A DNA stretch of 64,000 nt from Thraustochytrium aureum (taxonomy: Eukaryota). The notes below the pieces were generated by a model, which saw only the letters and a program-made list of their open reading frames with translations, had not been told where the DNA came from and searched no databases. The DNA is taken from assembly GCA_012862495.1 (NCBI GenBank), contig BLSG01000314.1, positions 220,609 through 284,608 of the forward strand. Direction: 5' to 3'. A program made the position numbers and the translations under genes. Within the stretch, counting starts at the first letter, position 1. Every line of letters starts with the position of its first letter. Below are positions 33,222 to 44,762 of this stretch, piece after piece.

Positions 33222-36200
33222 ATGGCGCGATGCAATTGCAAGGTCGGCCGGTGCGATGAATGCGACAGCGACTGCAAGCGGTGCGGGTGCGCTTGTGACG
33301 GCGTCGCGCCTGAGGTCGCACTTGCTCGCAAGAGCGGGCAGCGCGGGGGGGGGACGCAAGCTCGAGACGGTCGGCTCTTCGCGGCCGGCTCGCAAGTCCA
33401 GGGCGCAGGGCACCCGCGACATGGTTGAGCAGTTGACGCTTCTGGGTCCTGGCGATGCGACGAATGAGTTCGAGGAGGCAGACGATGGGATCACAGTCAG
33501 CAAGATCTGGGGCTTCTTTGGCTTCTCGGAGAACACGAAGAAGAAGCTTCTAAGCGTGAAGGCTCGCGAGGATGGCAGCGTCGAGTCGCCGGGACCGGGA
33601 TGGTCGTGCCTGGTGCAGAGCGTGCTCGCGGCGGCCGTTTCCATTGCAGAGTGCCTGTATCCGGGCAACGTGCAGCGATTGTTACGTGATGTTGCGTTCA
33701 AGATCATCGGCAGCGACCGTCCAGAGCTTGAGCTGGACAAAGCGGCCGAGGTATGCGCGGAGGCTCTCCTCAATGCACCGAACGCAAGTATTCAGAAGAG
33801 GGTCGTTCGTGCGTGCTTTGTCAAGGCGTTCTCTCGCGTAAGGATAGCGCGGGCTTGCGCAAAGAAGGGGCTCAAGTGGACCACCAGGCATGAACGTCAG
33901 GGGTACACGGACTACAAGACGCTTGTGACGGGAGCGACGATCGAGAAGGTGGTGAAGAGGGCGGCGCGCTATGACGAAGACGCAGTGAGGAGAACTGTCA
34001 AGTTCATTCTACAGGCGAAGATGGTCGGCGTGATGTCGTGGGGAACTCGAAACGTGCGGCTTGGGAACGAGGTTGTGGAGCTGCCGTGCCTTGTCAGGCG
34101 GATGTCGGTCAAGGAGATGTACGACGAGTTCTGTGAGACCTTTGAGAAAGAGCAGCAGATGTCGCGAGGCGCTTTCTACGAGGTTGTCAGGCATATCACG
34201 TTTGCCGATGAGAAGTTGTTGACTGCGGTGGACTACGTGACGGGCGTCCTGGTCCACGACACGTCAACGATTCTGCAGGACATGGTCGACACCTTTGCGT
34301 CAAGCCCCGAGCGAAAGGAGAAGCTGACTCACTACCTCGAGCTGACACGGCATTTCCTCAAGAAGCAGTACAGCTCCCACGTGGTCAAGACCGGCGACGA
34401 TGTGCCCACGCATGACGTAAGCTACGCGCTGGGCAAGGAGAGCGACGGAGAAATGCGCAGCGGCAAGTGCGACGGGTGCGACTTCGTGCCGTTCTTCCTC
34501 GACGAGTTGCGCTCTGAGATCAAGGCTTCTGGCGCAGGCCCGAGCCCGCGGAAGCCTGCTGACGTTGTGAGTGATGCCGATCGGGTGCTCTCTGACGTCG
34601 CGCTAAAGTTTGAGCTGTACCAAGGCCACCGCGCCCGCGTGGCGAACCAGCAGGGAGCGATCTCCAAGCTGCACCGCGAGCTGGAGAAGGAGTGTTTAGA
34701 CAAGGGCGAGACGTCTCGTGCCATCATGACCATCGACTGGAAGATGAAGTCCGAGGCTACGTCTGCTAGGGAGACGACGCAGCAACATTTCGGGAAGCGC
34801 GGCATGTCGTGGCATGGATGCCTGGTGACTTACTTCCGGCCGGTGGTGGTGGAGACGGTGAAGGATGACGGGACCACCGTCGAAGAGACTCAAGTCGAGC
34901 GCATCAACGTGTACATTGACCAGATAATGGACGGAGACAACAAACAAGACGTTGTAGCCGTGGCCTCCATGGTAGAGGCTGCCCTCGAACACGTGAAAGC
35001 GCACCTGCCACAGATCAAGTCCGTCATCTTACAGAGCGACAACGCCAAGTGCTACCAGAGCAACGCACTGCGCGTTCTGGTGCAGCTCATCAACACTCGA
35101 TCACCCCTCAAGGTTGAGCGGCACATCTTTACAGAGACGCACGATGGCAAGGGGCTCATCGACGCGCACTTTGCGCGAAGTACCGCGCACATCCTCCGGT
35201 TCATGCGCCACTCGCAACGAAACCGCATCCGTGCCATTGCCACACCGAAAGGCTTGGCCTACGCGCTGGCCTGGAAGGGCGGGCTCACCAACTCCTCCGT
35301 TCAGTTTGTCCGCATCGACCGCGCCAAGATGAGCGCCCTGGTAAATGAATACATCAAGATGCCGGTTGAGAAGCTCGCCGCCAAGTTCTTCACCCGGTGC
35401 AACGACGTCTTCTTCCTGAGCGACAGCGTCGGTGGCTATGAGACAGTCATCGTCACTGCTGATGACCTAAAGCACGCCAAAGAGACCGGTCGCACCTTCA
35501 GATTTCGCGCCACCGCGTACTCCGACATCGACCAAGGCAACACCTTCTCGTTCGTACCCGGCGGCAACGTTGAGCTCCTCGATGAGGCCTCGCAGCTGCT
35601 CCAGCTTGAAGCGGGCGGTGGCGAGGACAACGGCGGGGACAACGGCGGGGAGAGCGACGAGGATGGCGGCCAACTTCACGAGACCGAAGCGGATGTCGAT
35701 GCTGCTGTGGCACTCGCGGGGCTGTCAAGCGGCGAGGCGGACTTCGTCTTGGATGATGAGGAAGCCGTCGTTGCCGACGCTATGGTCGTTGTCGACCAAG
35801 ACAAACAAGAGGAGGCCAGAGACGACGACGACGGCGACGACGACGACGATAGCAGCCAAGGAAAAGAGGAAGACACGAGAGCCCCCGACGTCGACTACGC
35901 TCCAGGCAAGATCAACAGCGACCTGATGCTTACCGGTGTGCAAGTGCTCAAGTCGTCCGGGTTTGGAGTCATCATTGGCCCCCGAGACGCTGGGCGCAAG
36001 AAGCGCAAACAAGCGCACACTCAAGAACCGCCGCGAAAGGACCTTGTCGCGTTCGCCGTCCGCAGCGCCAGCAGCCTCATTGACCACCACGACGTGGACA
36101 TCCGCGCCTGCCACACAGAGATGCCAGAGTACGTCAATTCCGCCAACTTGGCGACCAAGCCGAGGCCACGCGGATGGGGACGCCGCCCTCCTCACGGCCA

Positions 36201-36672
36201 TCAGTACGGCGCCTCGTACATGAGCGCGTACGTGAGCGACATCAAGGAAATGTTTGGCAGAGGAGCCGCCGAATCCTCTGCCAAGATGGGTCCTGCCCAG
36301 ATGCACGAGGCGCTGAAGCGCATGTACCCGGATAGGTTCAGCATTCCCACCGAGAACCAGATCCGCTCTGAGATCTCGAAGATCTTCGCCAGCGCCAAGA
36401 AGGAGGGCACGGCCAACAGGAGCAGCTCCTCGTCTTCCACTGCGCCAATGAAGCGCGGGCGCCAGTCCAAGCTAACAGCCGACTTGCTTGACTTCATCGA
36501 CGCACTCGTGGCCAACGAGCCGACGATCAAGCCTTCGGAAGTAATGGAGCATGTCAACGCCACGTTCGGCGAGTCCATCACCGCGACCGATGGCACGAAA
36601 GTCGACCCCAAGCAGATCAAGAATCGCGTGTCCAACTTGAAGGTCCAGAAGAAACGAAAGTTCAATCTCTAG
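33222..36672 (+). CDS. Sola-like transposase (Cys-rich N-terminus joined through a frameshift at the G9 run 33345-33353)
   Basis: TIDWKMK, RETTQQHFGKRGMSWHG, QSDNAKCY, TETHDGKGLIDAHF; C-terminal GW..., MF.RG....KM.P.QM..., QI.S.IS, an HTH-like GRQSKLT...FI and a KKRK NLS. Confidence 0.82.
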
Positions 36673-36864
36673 ATGATACTTGCATGGCCTTGCAGGGGCT
36701 CTCGTCCAATAGGCCCGCTGCGACCAGCCACCTCCGCACCAACCCAAGCCAACCAGCTTGCGCAATGACCTTGTTCATCAGCAAATGCGTTGCCAAGGTT
36801 GCGGGCCAGAGCCCCAACCAGAATCAACTTGGTCTCTGGAGAGTCAGGTGCAGTCTGCCCCGCC

Positions 36865-37117
36865 TCTGGGCCGGCCCAGACAGCCTTCCTGGCCTTCCTC
36901 ATCGGGTTTCTGGGGTCTCACCACCGCCTCCTTCACGCGCGCGTATCTCCTCAACCACGTCGAGTTGGACGAGCTACTCGAGTTTTTCGCGACTGTCACG
37001 AGGTCCTTTTTCATTTGCGCAAAGAAACAATGCCACGAAGCTCACAGCGGACCTTTCGTCTCGAGCTCGCCCCCAAATTTCGGCGATTTTACCGCCTTTT
37101 TCTGGTGGATTCGGTGT
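36865..37117. repeat. Right terminal inverted repeat (~250 bp, with a small internal insertion)
   Basis: ccagacagccttcctggccttcctcatc...ccgcctttttctggtggattcggtgt. Confidence 0.92.
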
Positions 37118-37590
37118 GAAAAGGCACATGGGTTGGTCTGCTCTGCTCGGTTTCTGGAAAGGTCTCGATCATCGACTTCTGACCAAGCAATCGTGCTCGA
37201 CGGGTCTGAAGAAAAAAAAAGGCGTCGCCAACAACTTGTCGCAAGGCACTGGCGCGATTTCGAGTTTCTCTTCAACGCAAAAGACGGCTCTCCCATCATC
37301 GACGGACCAGATTCATTTCAGATGGCCGTTTGCATCACGGCGGCTGGGAGTCGGGTGCGAGCATCGAAGAAGGCTTCGCTCGTACGTTGGGACGAGCGAC
37401 GCGGCCGTAAAACGCTGCTGCACGGAATTGGCCAAGTGAGAGAGACGGTTGACGACCTGCACACAAACCCCCAAGCCGAAGCGGACGAGGGCTGCCTCGA
37501 ACCGTCGTTGAAAAGCGGTGGTGCGCGCTGGCAAGGCGTGCTTTGGCCCTGTGCGCAGTTGCGCTGGGTTGCGTTGGGTTGCGTTGGGGG

Positions 37591-38568
37591 ATGGCTCTGA
37601 AGGGCTCGCTGTTGGCGCGGGCTGGGTTTGCTGCCGCCTGTGTTGCACAGCTGGCGGCGGCGCAGGACGCCGCGAAGGCGGTTGTTGGCGGCAGCGTTGC
37701 TAGCGAGTGCCCTGCGGCAGGCTGTCTGATTAAGCTCTCGGACCAGGACTTTGAGACCTTCGTTGGGGCAAAGACAGCATCGTGCATAGTGTTCTACCAG
37801 CCAGGCAAACAAGTGTGGGAGGCCATACTTCCCGAGCTGGAAGAGCTGGCGCGCATGACCACATCCCGCGACGACCTCGGCTTTGCTGCTTTCAAGATAG
37901 AACATGGCTCCGCGGTGGCCCATCGGGCTGCCGCCACCGGGCCGATCTCGATCAAGCTCTTCGACAGGCGGCTGCGCACCGAAAACTACCATGACATCTA
38001 CTCGCTCCATCAAAACGGCCCGCGCCTCCGTTTCGACCGAAACCAAGTCCTCAGCCTCTTGGAGGACTACGTCGCCAACAGCACAGGGCTCGCTGAATTT
38101 GACACGCTGGCCACGGCTTTTGCAGGCCACGTGCTCAAAAACAACGAGCAAGCCGCACAGGAGACGCTTGCCGAAGCCCGGAGCGCGGCACAAACCAGGG
38201 CCGGCTCACGAGAATTCCACGTCGCTTCGGCCTACGTGGATCTCATGGCGAAGGTCTTTGATTCGCGCAGCGTCTTCGCCATTGCCAAGGCCTTCAACAA
38301 CGCGTCGCTGCGGCTTGGCGAAGCCAACTTGCCGACGGCGTCGGAGACGAGGCTTCCTTTGGCTGTCAGGGCTGCTCTCCTGCTCGAGATCTACATTTCG
38401 GGCCAACTGAGCAAGCCGCTCATTGGCGACGACGGGTCTGATCACGTCCCCTCCTACAAGCGCAGAGTGGGCAACCCGACCAAGCCATTCGAGAACTTTG
38501 CCCAAGCGTCCTCGAAGGGATCCCGGAGCGCCCAAGACGCGCGCCTCGAGTCCACCGCTCTACTGTGA
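37591..38568 (+). CDS. Secreted/ER thioredoxin-fold protein with an ERp29-like helical C-terminal domain (no CxxC)
   Basis: Signal-like N-terminus; IKLSDQDFETFV...IVFY; GLAEFDTLATAF...ASAYVDLMAKV resembles ERp29c. Confidence 0.6.
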   Translation: MALKGSLLARAGFAAACVAQLAAAQDAAKAVVGGSVASECPAAGCLIKLSDQDFETFVGAKTASCIVFYQPGKQVWEAILPELEELARMTTSRDDLGFAAFKIEHGSAVAHRAAATGPISIKLFDRRLRTENYHDIYSLHQNGPRLRFDRNQVLSLLEDYVANSTGLAEFDTLATAFAGHVLKNNEQAAQETLAEARSAAQTRAGSREFHVASAYVDLMAKVFDSRSVFAIAKAFNNASLRLGEANLPTASETRLPLAVRAALLLEIYISGQLSKPLIGDDGSDHVPSYKRRVGNPTKPFENFAQASSKGSRSAQDARLESTALL

Positions 38569-38731
38569 ATGGGCAACCAGAAGAAATGCAAAATCTGTCA
38601 CATCAATCGTTCAACTTCAAGCGAAAGCGCCAGCCTTCAGCCAGATCAAACAAAAAAAAAAGAGTTGGAGCGCGCCGCTCGAGCGCCGCTGCCGTGCCCC
38701 CTTCCCTCAGCGGGCAGGTTCTGCGCTCTCA

Positions 38732-40384
38732 TCAGTTGCTCGTGAAACGGGCCGCGTTCTGCAGCGCTGCCTCCAAGGCCGCAACTGAGACCCGCTTGGC
38801 CATGAGCGACGTGGCTCGACGCTCCGCAGCGAGTTTGACAACTGCCGCGTCCAGAGCTAGCACGCTCAGGCGCTGCGCAACCTGCCGGCGATGCGCCATT
38901 GCGCGCTCTTCGCGCAGTCGGCAAACGCGCTTGCGCGCCACGTGCCCGCGATATGCAGCCTGGATAATTGTCGCCGACGTCCTGCGGCGGTTCCGATGCT
39001 CGCGGTACGCGCGCTGGATGCGGCGAGCAGCTTCACGCCGGCGCCGCTCCAGGACACGGATCTCGTACAGCTCGCGCTCTAGCCGCACGAGCCGACGTCT
39101 CGCCTCGGTACCGTCCTGCTCTGCGCGCTCTTTGTTTTCGATTGCCTCGACGGCAACGTCCTCGGCGTTCTTGACGCGCTTCTCCAAAGTCTTGAGCTTG
39201 ATCGAGCGCGGGCTGTTGGTCCGCCGAAGCTGCGTGCGCTTGAGATTTTTCCGGGCCACCGCCGTCACGGATGACTCGATGTAGGCGTCAAGCCTATTGT
39301 TCTCTCTGTATGACTGCGCAAGCTGGGCTTTGAGCTGCTCCAGCTGTTTGGTGAGTTCTGCGATTTCGAACTTTGCGTCGCCTGTGAGACGCTCGGCTGC
39401 GCGCCGGCGCGAGTGTGCGAGCTTGAGCTGCTCCTCGAGCTCGGCCTTGTCTTCCGCAAAGAGTCGCCTTGCTTCAACCAACTCGTTGCGCACGCGCTCC
39501 ACAGCGACGTCCCTCGCGCGAATGACGTCCCGCAAGGCGTCCAGGCGACCGTCTGCAGCAATGCGTTCTTCAACAGCTTGCTGAGCGTCGCGCTTGCAGC
39601 GATCCAGGTCGAGACGACTTGTGGTATGCGCCAATATTGCCTCCGCAAGTGCCGAGCGGAGCTGCTGCGCCTCTCGCGCGCGCTCGCCAAGCGCCTCGTG
39701 CACGAGCTGGAGGCAGTCGCCAAAGCCGTTCGTGTTGGCAAAGTCGAGCGGGGTCTTGTGGAGTTTGCTTTCCGCGTGGAGGCGGGCTCCGTTTTGGAGT
39801 AATACCAGGGCCAATAGCTGATGTTTCTCGTGCGCCGCTTCGTGCAAGGGGGTTTCCCCGCCGACGCCGAGCGCGTTCACGTCGGCGCCGCTCTCGATGA
39901 GCACGTGCGCGACAAGCGCGTGGCCCTTTTGGCACGCGATGTGCAACGCTGTGTAACCGTAATACTCTGCGTTTGTCCAGGCGACGTCAGCTCCCTTTGC
40001 AAGAAGCGCTTGAGCCAGCGCGCTGTCGCCGGCTCTGCTGGCCTTCCAGAGCGCGCGACTCGGCTCGCCCTTTCCCATAACCTCGACGTAGCGTGCGACG
40101 TCTTCTGCAGGCAGCAGATTTGCACCTTGTACGCCTCCTTCCTTTGCAATACGGATTGGTGAGCGGAGGGGAAGGGCGCTCTTGGTCTGCACCGCTGCTT
40201 TGAACGCGATGGGCGGCATGGCCACCTGCGTTTTGCGGCTCACCATCTTGCGCTTCATCCCGTCGCCGCCGACCCCATCGATCAAGGCCAATTTCGACAC
40301 GGCCCTCTCGGCATCCGCGTCGCCACGCTCTTCAACGCTGTCCGTCCCAGCGCTGCGCGTCGCCGGCCCGGGCGCGGCCTGCAT
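38732..40384 (-). CDS. Ankyrin-repeat, coiled-coil and IQ-motif protein
   Basis: GYTALHIACQKGH, GETPLHEAA, KTPLD; IQRAYREHRNRR and IQAAYRGHVARK IQ motifs. Confidence 0.88.
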   Translation of the reverse strand: MQAAPGPATRSAGTDSVEERGDADAERAVSKLALIDGVGGDGMKRKMVSRKTQVAMPPIAFKAAVQTKSALPLRSPIRIAKEGGVQGANLLPAEDVARYVEVMGKGEPSRALWKASRAGDSALAQALLAKGADVAWTNAEYYGYTALHIACQKGHALVAHVLIESGADVNALGVGGETPLHEAAHEKHQLLALVLLQNGARLHAESKLHKTPLDFANTNGFGDCLQLVHEALGERAREAQQLRSALAEAILAHTTSRLDLDRCKRDAQQAVEERIAADGRLDALRDVIRARDVAVERVRNELVEARRLFAEDKAELEEQLKLAHSRRRAAERLTGDAKFEIAELTKQLEQLKAQLAQSYRENNRLDAYIESSVTAVARKNLKRTQLRRTNSPRSIKLKTLEKRVKNAEDVAVEAIENKERAEQDGTEARRRLVRLERELYEIRVLERRRREAARRIQRAYREHRNRRRTSATIIQAAYRGHVARKRVCRLREERAMAHRRQVAQRLSVLALDAAVVKLAAERRATSLMAKRVSVAALEAALQNAARFTSN

Positions 40385-40444
40385 ACTCCTCCACCTCGCG
40401 CGCTCGCCGCGCGACCTGGGCGACCTCTGCGGCTCCTACTCGTT

Positions 40445-41110
40445 TTGGCGGGCACAGGACGAGGCGCCCGTCGCTCGGTTTCTTGTCGTTCTGGGCCTGG
40501 CTTTGTCGTCGTCGTCGAGCGGCTGTGGGCGCGCGGGTGCGCTAGTGGCATCCACGATGCCCACCTGAATGTGTTTGATGTTGCACAATTCACCGGATCT
40601 TTTCGTTTTTACGTTGTCTTGGGAGCACACAATAACGAAGAAACCACCCGCCCGAAATGGAGCCATCCATCCCCGCGCGACAGCAGCCGCGCGCCGGAGA
40701 GACCTCAGACCGGCCTCGTAGCCGTCGGATTCACATCCGATCGTCTGGCGAAAGCGAAGGGCTCGTGTAGCGCGAACCGAACGAAAGCCCGTGACGAACT
40801 TGCTGACGGTCGCCTGTGGTCGAAGCGTCGCACAGTGCGCAACTCTGATGATGATGATGATGATGAGTACTTGCGACGGGCAAAGACTCTCGGCGAAGCG
40901 CGCGAAGAATACCAGGCGATGCGCGCTCGCCTCGATCGAGAAGAAAGCACAGCTTTGAAGTCCCTGCGCTGGTCCACCCTCGGCAAAGTCAGCAAGCACG
41001 CCGACCGACGTGGGCCTATTGTGGGCGCGAGTCGGTGCTCGTGCCCGAGTTGGTTGGGCAATAGGGATGGAGGCATGGCTATTACTCGAGTACTATTGTG
41101 TTTATCTTAG
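40445..41110 (+). CDS. Possible short hypothetical protein
   Basis: Open frame with a charged helical segment ([33 protein letters not shown]); no recognisable domain; start unclear. Confidence 0.25.
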   Translation: MAGTGRGARRSVSCRSGPGFVVVVERLWARGCASGIHDAHLNVFDVAQFTGSFRFYVVLGAHNNEETTRPKWSHPSPRDSSRAPERPQTGLVAVGFTSDRLAKAKGSCSANRTKARDELADGRLWSKRRTVRNSDDDDDDEYLRRAKTLGEAREEYQAMRARLDREESTALKSLRWSTLGKVSKHADRRGPIVGASRCSCPSWLGNRDGGMAITRVLLCLS

Positions 41111-42347
41111 TGTCTTGGGTCAAGTGGCGACACGTGCGGTATGGAAAATGGCTGCGGTCGTGGTATCCAGGCGGCGAACACGCCGCTGGGCCTGGCGCTT
41201 CGAGCGGCATGGCTTGGCATTCAGCTCCGTCTTGTGAATAAATCTTAGAGCATGTTTTCCATGCGGTGCTGCTGCGGTACCGGGCCTGCTGCGGGTACAT
41301 CTGCGGCTGCACAGCGCCCATCTGCGTGGACGGCGCCCCACCCTGCATCTGCTTGTTGATTGCTTGACGCTTGCGGCTGAGGGTAAAGCCCGCGACGAGC
41401 GCGACAGCCCCGGCAGTGGCGCCTACGCCGATGCCCAGATACTCGCCAACCGAGTAGCCAGCCGTGTTGCCGCCAGTGCTGAGGTCCTCACCGAGAGCGT
41501 TCTGTTGGTTGCCAGGCAAGCACTGGCTGTACCACTCGTTGAAGGTGCGGCACGAGGTGCCCGATGGGCAGCACGTCTCGCCGTTGTAGTTGCGGCCACC
41601 GCACTGGGCATAGACGTTGTTGTTGATGCAGGCCTCCGGGGGCTGGGTGGCCGCCGGGGTTGGCGGGGGCGTCGGGGTCGTCGGGGTCGTGCCTCCGTTG
41701 TCGCCGCCGGTGTCACCGCCGGTTCCAGGGGTGTTGGTCACGAGCACATCCGCGCAGGAGTTGTAAAACTCGCCGCCGTTGAACTCCCACCACCACATAA
41801 ACGTGTAGACTCCGGGGGCGAGGTCGGCAGGGAGCTGAAAGTCGCCAGTGCACGGGGCCTTGTCAATGCCGCTTTGGTTGGGCGAGCAGTTGGAAAACGT
41901 TTGCTCAAGCCCCGGGTACTTTGTTACCCAGGCCTCCTTGGAAGTGATGTGGCTGAAGTCGTCGCCAGCGCCAGGTGCACGGCTGATAAACAGCTGCACA
42001 CCACGCTGCGTGCCCACGGTGGCATGGTTCTTCGCCGGCCAACGCATCGTGATGGTCGAGCCCGGCTTGAGCTGAGCCATGGGGTACTGGGCGTTGTATC
42101 CCGTGCTGACGTCCGCGTTGGGGCGTTCGCGCGGCCCGCACACGAGTCCCTGCGGGACCGGCGCGCCAGGGCGCTGGTCGCGGCCAACATCTTGCCCCAT
42201 GGGCACGGCGGGCTGCTGGTGAAAGTTGCGCGCATAGCCATAGCAGCGGCCGCCACGCCAGTCGATGCAATCCAGCCAGCTGTGCGCGGATACGTTTTGG
42301 ACGGTGGCGAGAATCGCCAGCGCGACGAGAACGATGCAGCGCGCCAT
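41082..42347 (-). CDS. Secreted His1 (LPMO-like) domain + G/T/P linker + CBM1 + TM anchor; the true stop is probably 41245
   Basis: Signal peptide ending VSA|H22; [30 protein letters not shown]1 [57 protein letters not shown]. Confidence 0.85.
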   Translation of the reverse strand: MARCIVLVALAILATVQNVSAHSWLDCIDWRGGRCYGYARNFHQQPAVPMGQDVGRDQRPGAPVPQGLVCGPRERPNADVSTGYNAQYPMAQLKPGSTITMRWPAKNHATVGTQRGVQLFISRAPGAGDDFSHITSKEAWVTKYPGLEQTFSNCSPNQSGIDKAPCTGDFQLPADLAPGVYTFMWWWEFNGGEFYNSCADVLVTNTPGTGGDTGGDNGGTTPTTPTPPPTPAATQPPEACINNNVYAQCGGRNYNGETCCPSGTSCRTFNEWYSQCLPGNQQNALGEDLSTGGNTAGYSVGEYLGIGVGATAGAVALVAGFTLSRKRQAINKQMQGGAPSTQMGAVQPQMYPQQARYRSSTAWKTCSKIYSQDGAECQAMPLEAPGPAACSPPGYHDRSHFPYRTCRHLTQDTKINTIVLE

Positions 42348-43695
42348 CCTGTTGTCGAGTTGCTTGAGTTTTTTTTCTGGTCGGGGTTCGTGCGATTCGG
42401 GTTTGGGTGTTTGCTGCTTGCTGCTGAGTGTTTGGTGTTTGGTCAGTTCGAGTCAGCAAGCTCGAGGCCTTGTTCCGAAATGCATACGTACATCGTAGGA
42501 TGATCCAAAACCGGGGCGTGCTCCAAAACTGCAAGCGCCTGCACTCGACGCATCGCCAGCCAAACATAACAGAGAGTCGTTGTGCCACATGGGTGCCACT
42601 CGTGCCACTAATTTCACTTGGGCCTGTGCCTGCTTGACACGGTTGGACTTGCAGAAACGATGTACCTTCTTCGGCCTCGTGCGACAGGCAAAGTCTCAAG
42701 GCTTGTGCCAACGCAACCACACAGAGCCAATGGTGGCCTGGTGGTAGAGATGCAAGCGATTTGCGATCGTCCGCAACGACCGTTGCTCGGTCGCGTGCTC
42801 TGGGAGGGCCGCGTTTCTCCAGCTGGTTGTGTCTCAGGAGTCGAAGGGAACTCTGACGGCTGATGGCAAAAAAGGATCAAAGTTCCTCCCAAGGCGGCAC
42901 TCGCAAAGTCTCGCAGCGCCCTGCTCGCCCCTGCTCGCCCCTGCTCTTCCCAGTAGAGAAGAGACCGAATCTGACGCGCGTCCAAGCGCGGCAGCGCTCC
43001 ATTCGCGATCGCACGACAAATCCAAACAGCACGTCTGCTCACAGAACAAAGGCAAGGTAGGAGGCGTAGGACCACCTATTGCTCATCATGACGCCCAGTC
43101 ACGCGCTCGGCCTCACCGTCTGCAAACCCNNNNNNNNNNNNNNNNNNNNNNNNNNNNNNNNNNNNNNNNNNNNNNNNNNNNNNNNNNNNNNNNNNNNNNN
43201 NNNNNNNNNNNNNNNNNNNNNNNNNNNNNNNNNNNNNNNNNNNNNNNNNNNNNNNNNNNNNNNNNNNNNNNNNNNNNNNNNNNNNNNNNNNNNNNNNNNN
43301 NNNNNNNNNNNNNNNNNNNNNNNNNNNNNNNNNNNNNNNNNNNNNNNNNNNNNNNNNNNNNNNNNNNNNNNNNNNNNNNNNNNNNNNNNNNNNNNNNNNN
43401 NNNNNNNNNNNNNNNNNNNNNNNNNNNNNNNNNNNNNNNNNNNNNNNNNNNNNNNNNNNNNNNNNNNNNNNNNNNNNNNNNNNNNNNNNNNNNNNNNNNN
43501 NNNNNNNNNNNNNNNNNNNNNNNNNNNNNNNNNNNNNNNNNNNNNNNNNNNNNNNNNNNNNNNNNNNNNNNNNNNNNNNNNNNNNNNNNNNNNNNNNNNN
43601 NNNNNNNNNNGCCAGCCTGCCTGGCAGCGTACTTGCCAGCCAGCCTGCCAGGGGCGATTGACTGCCTCGGTGAGCCATGGACAAACCTGGGGGGC

Positions 43696-43986
43696 ACGCG
43701 CTTCGCTCAGTGAACGAATTTCTGCTGTTCGCCGCCGCCGAGGTTGCGTCCGTGTCGGTGCTACAGCGCAAGGCAGGCGCGCGTCCGCGTCGTGCGATCA
43801 TCTACTAGAGCTAGCGAGCTTCGAGACGACGAAGATCTACGCGCTTCGCTCGGTGAACGAATTTCTGCTGTTTGCCGCCGCCGAGGTCTGCGTCCGTGTC
43901 GGTGCTACTCAGCGCAAGGCAGGCGCGCGTCCGCGTCGTGCGATCATCTACTCGAGCTAGAGCTAGCTTCGAGACGACGAAGATCT
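43696..43986. repeat. Tandem duplication, 2 x ~143-148 bp
   Basis: acgcgcttcgctc.gtgaacgaatttctgctg...gagacgacgaagatct starts at 43696 and 43839. Confidence 0.95.
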
Positions 43987-44485
43987 CCTTGTTCTTGCTT
44001 GTTTCAAGTTGGTTTTCGTCAACGAGATGGTGTCGCGTCGAGCATCGCGCTCCAAACGCGCCGCTTGAGGCTGCCGCGCACGATTCGGGCTCGCTGCCCG
44101 GGCATGCAGTTCGAGTTTGGCCTGTAGCTTTTCTGGGACAACCAAGCCCAGAGCCGGCGGCGGTACGGCCTCAGCCGATCAGTGATGTGATGACACAAGC
44201 TTCGACCAGGCGCAGCCTCAGTGCGGCGTGAACGAAGATCTCCTCGTTCCTGCTTGTTCCGCGTTGGTTTTCGTCGACGAGATGATGTCGCGTCGAGCAT
44301 CGCGTACCAAACGCGCCGCCTGAGGCTGCCGCGCACGATTCGGGCTCGCTGCCCGGGCATGCAGTTAGAGGTTGGCCTGTAGCTTTTCTGGGACAACCAA
44401 GCCCAGAGCCGGCGGCGGTACGGCCTCAGCCGATCAGCGATGTGATGACACAAGCTTCGACCAGGCGCAGCCTCAGTGCGGCGTG
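43977..44485. repeat. Tandem duplication, 2 x 255 bp
   Basis: acgaagatctcct...cctcagtgcggcgtg starts at 43977 and 44232. Confidence 0.95.
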
Positions 44486-44762
44486 CAGGGCCTATGTGTG
44501 CCCATTGACGAAGCAAGGTGTAGTAGAGCCGCCGCAAGGATTTAGGCGAGGAAGTGCAATCGCAAGCGCATATTGGAGACCATGACGCACAGCCTGCGCC
44601 AAGTAGTTATTGGATGGGGTGCGGCGGCTCGAATGGGCCTCGTTCTGCGCAAACCCCAATTGAGCACCAATCTGGCCGCGCTCGCTGGAATCCGCACCAG
44701 AACAGATCCGCACCACCGCTCGCAACAAGACCGAACTGGCGACCACTTGACGCCTTGCAAGA

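Larger units (their letters stand above)
32896..37117 (+). mobile_element. Cut-and-paste DNA transposon (~4.2 kb) with long imperfect TIRs, Sola-like (Sola3-type motifs)
   Basis: 32896..~33140 is the imperfect reverse complement of ~36865..37117; the enclosed ORF encodes a DDD-type transposase. Confidence 0.88.

Noticed and set aside
44185..44200. C/D-box snoRNA (gtgatga) within the 255-bp repeat
   Set aside because: No suitably placed CTGA D box or terminal stem was found
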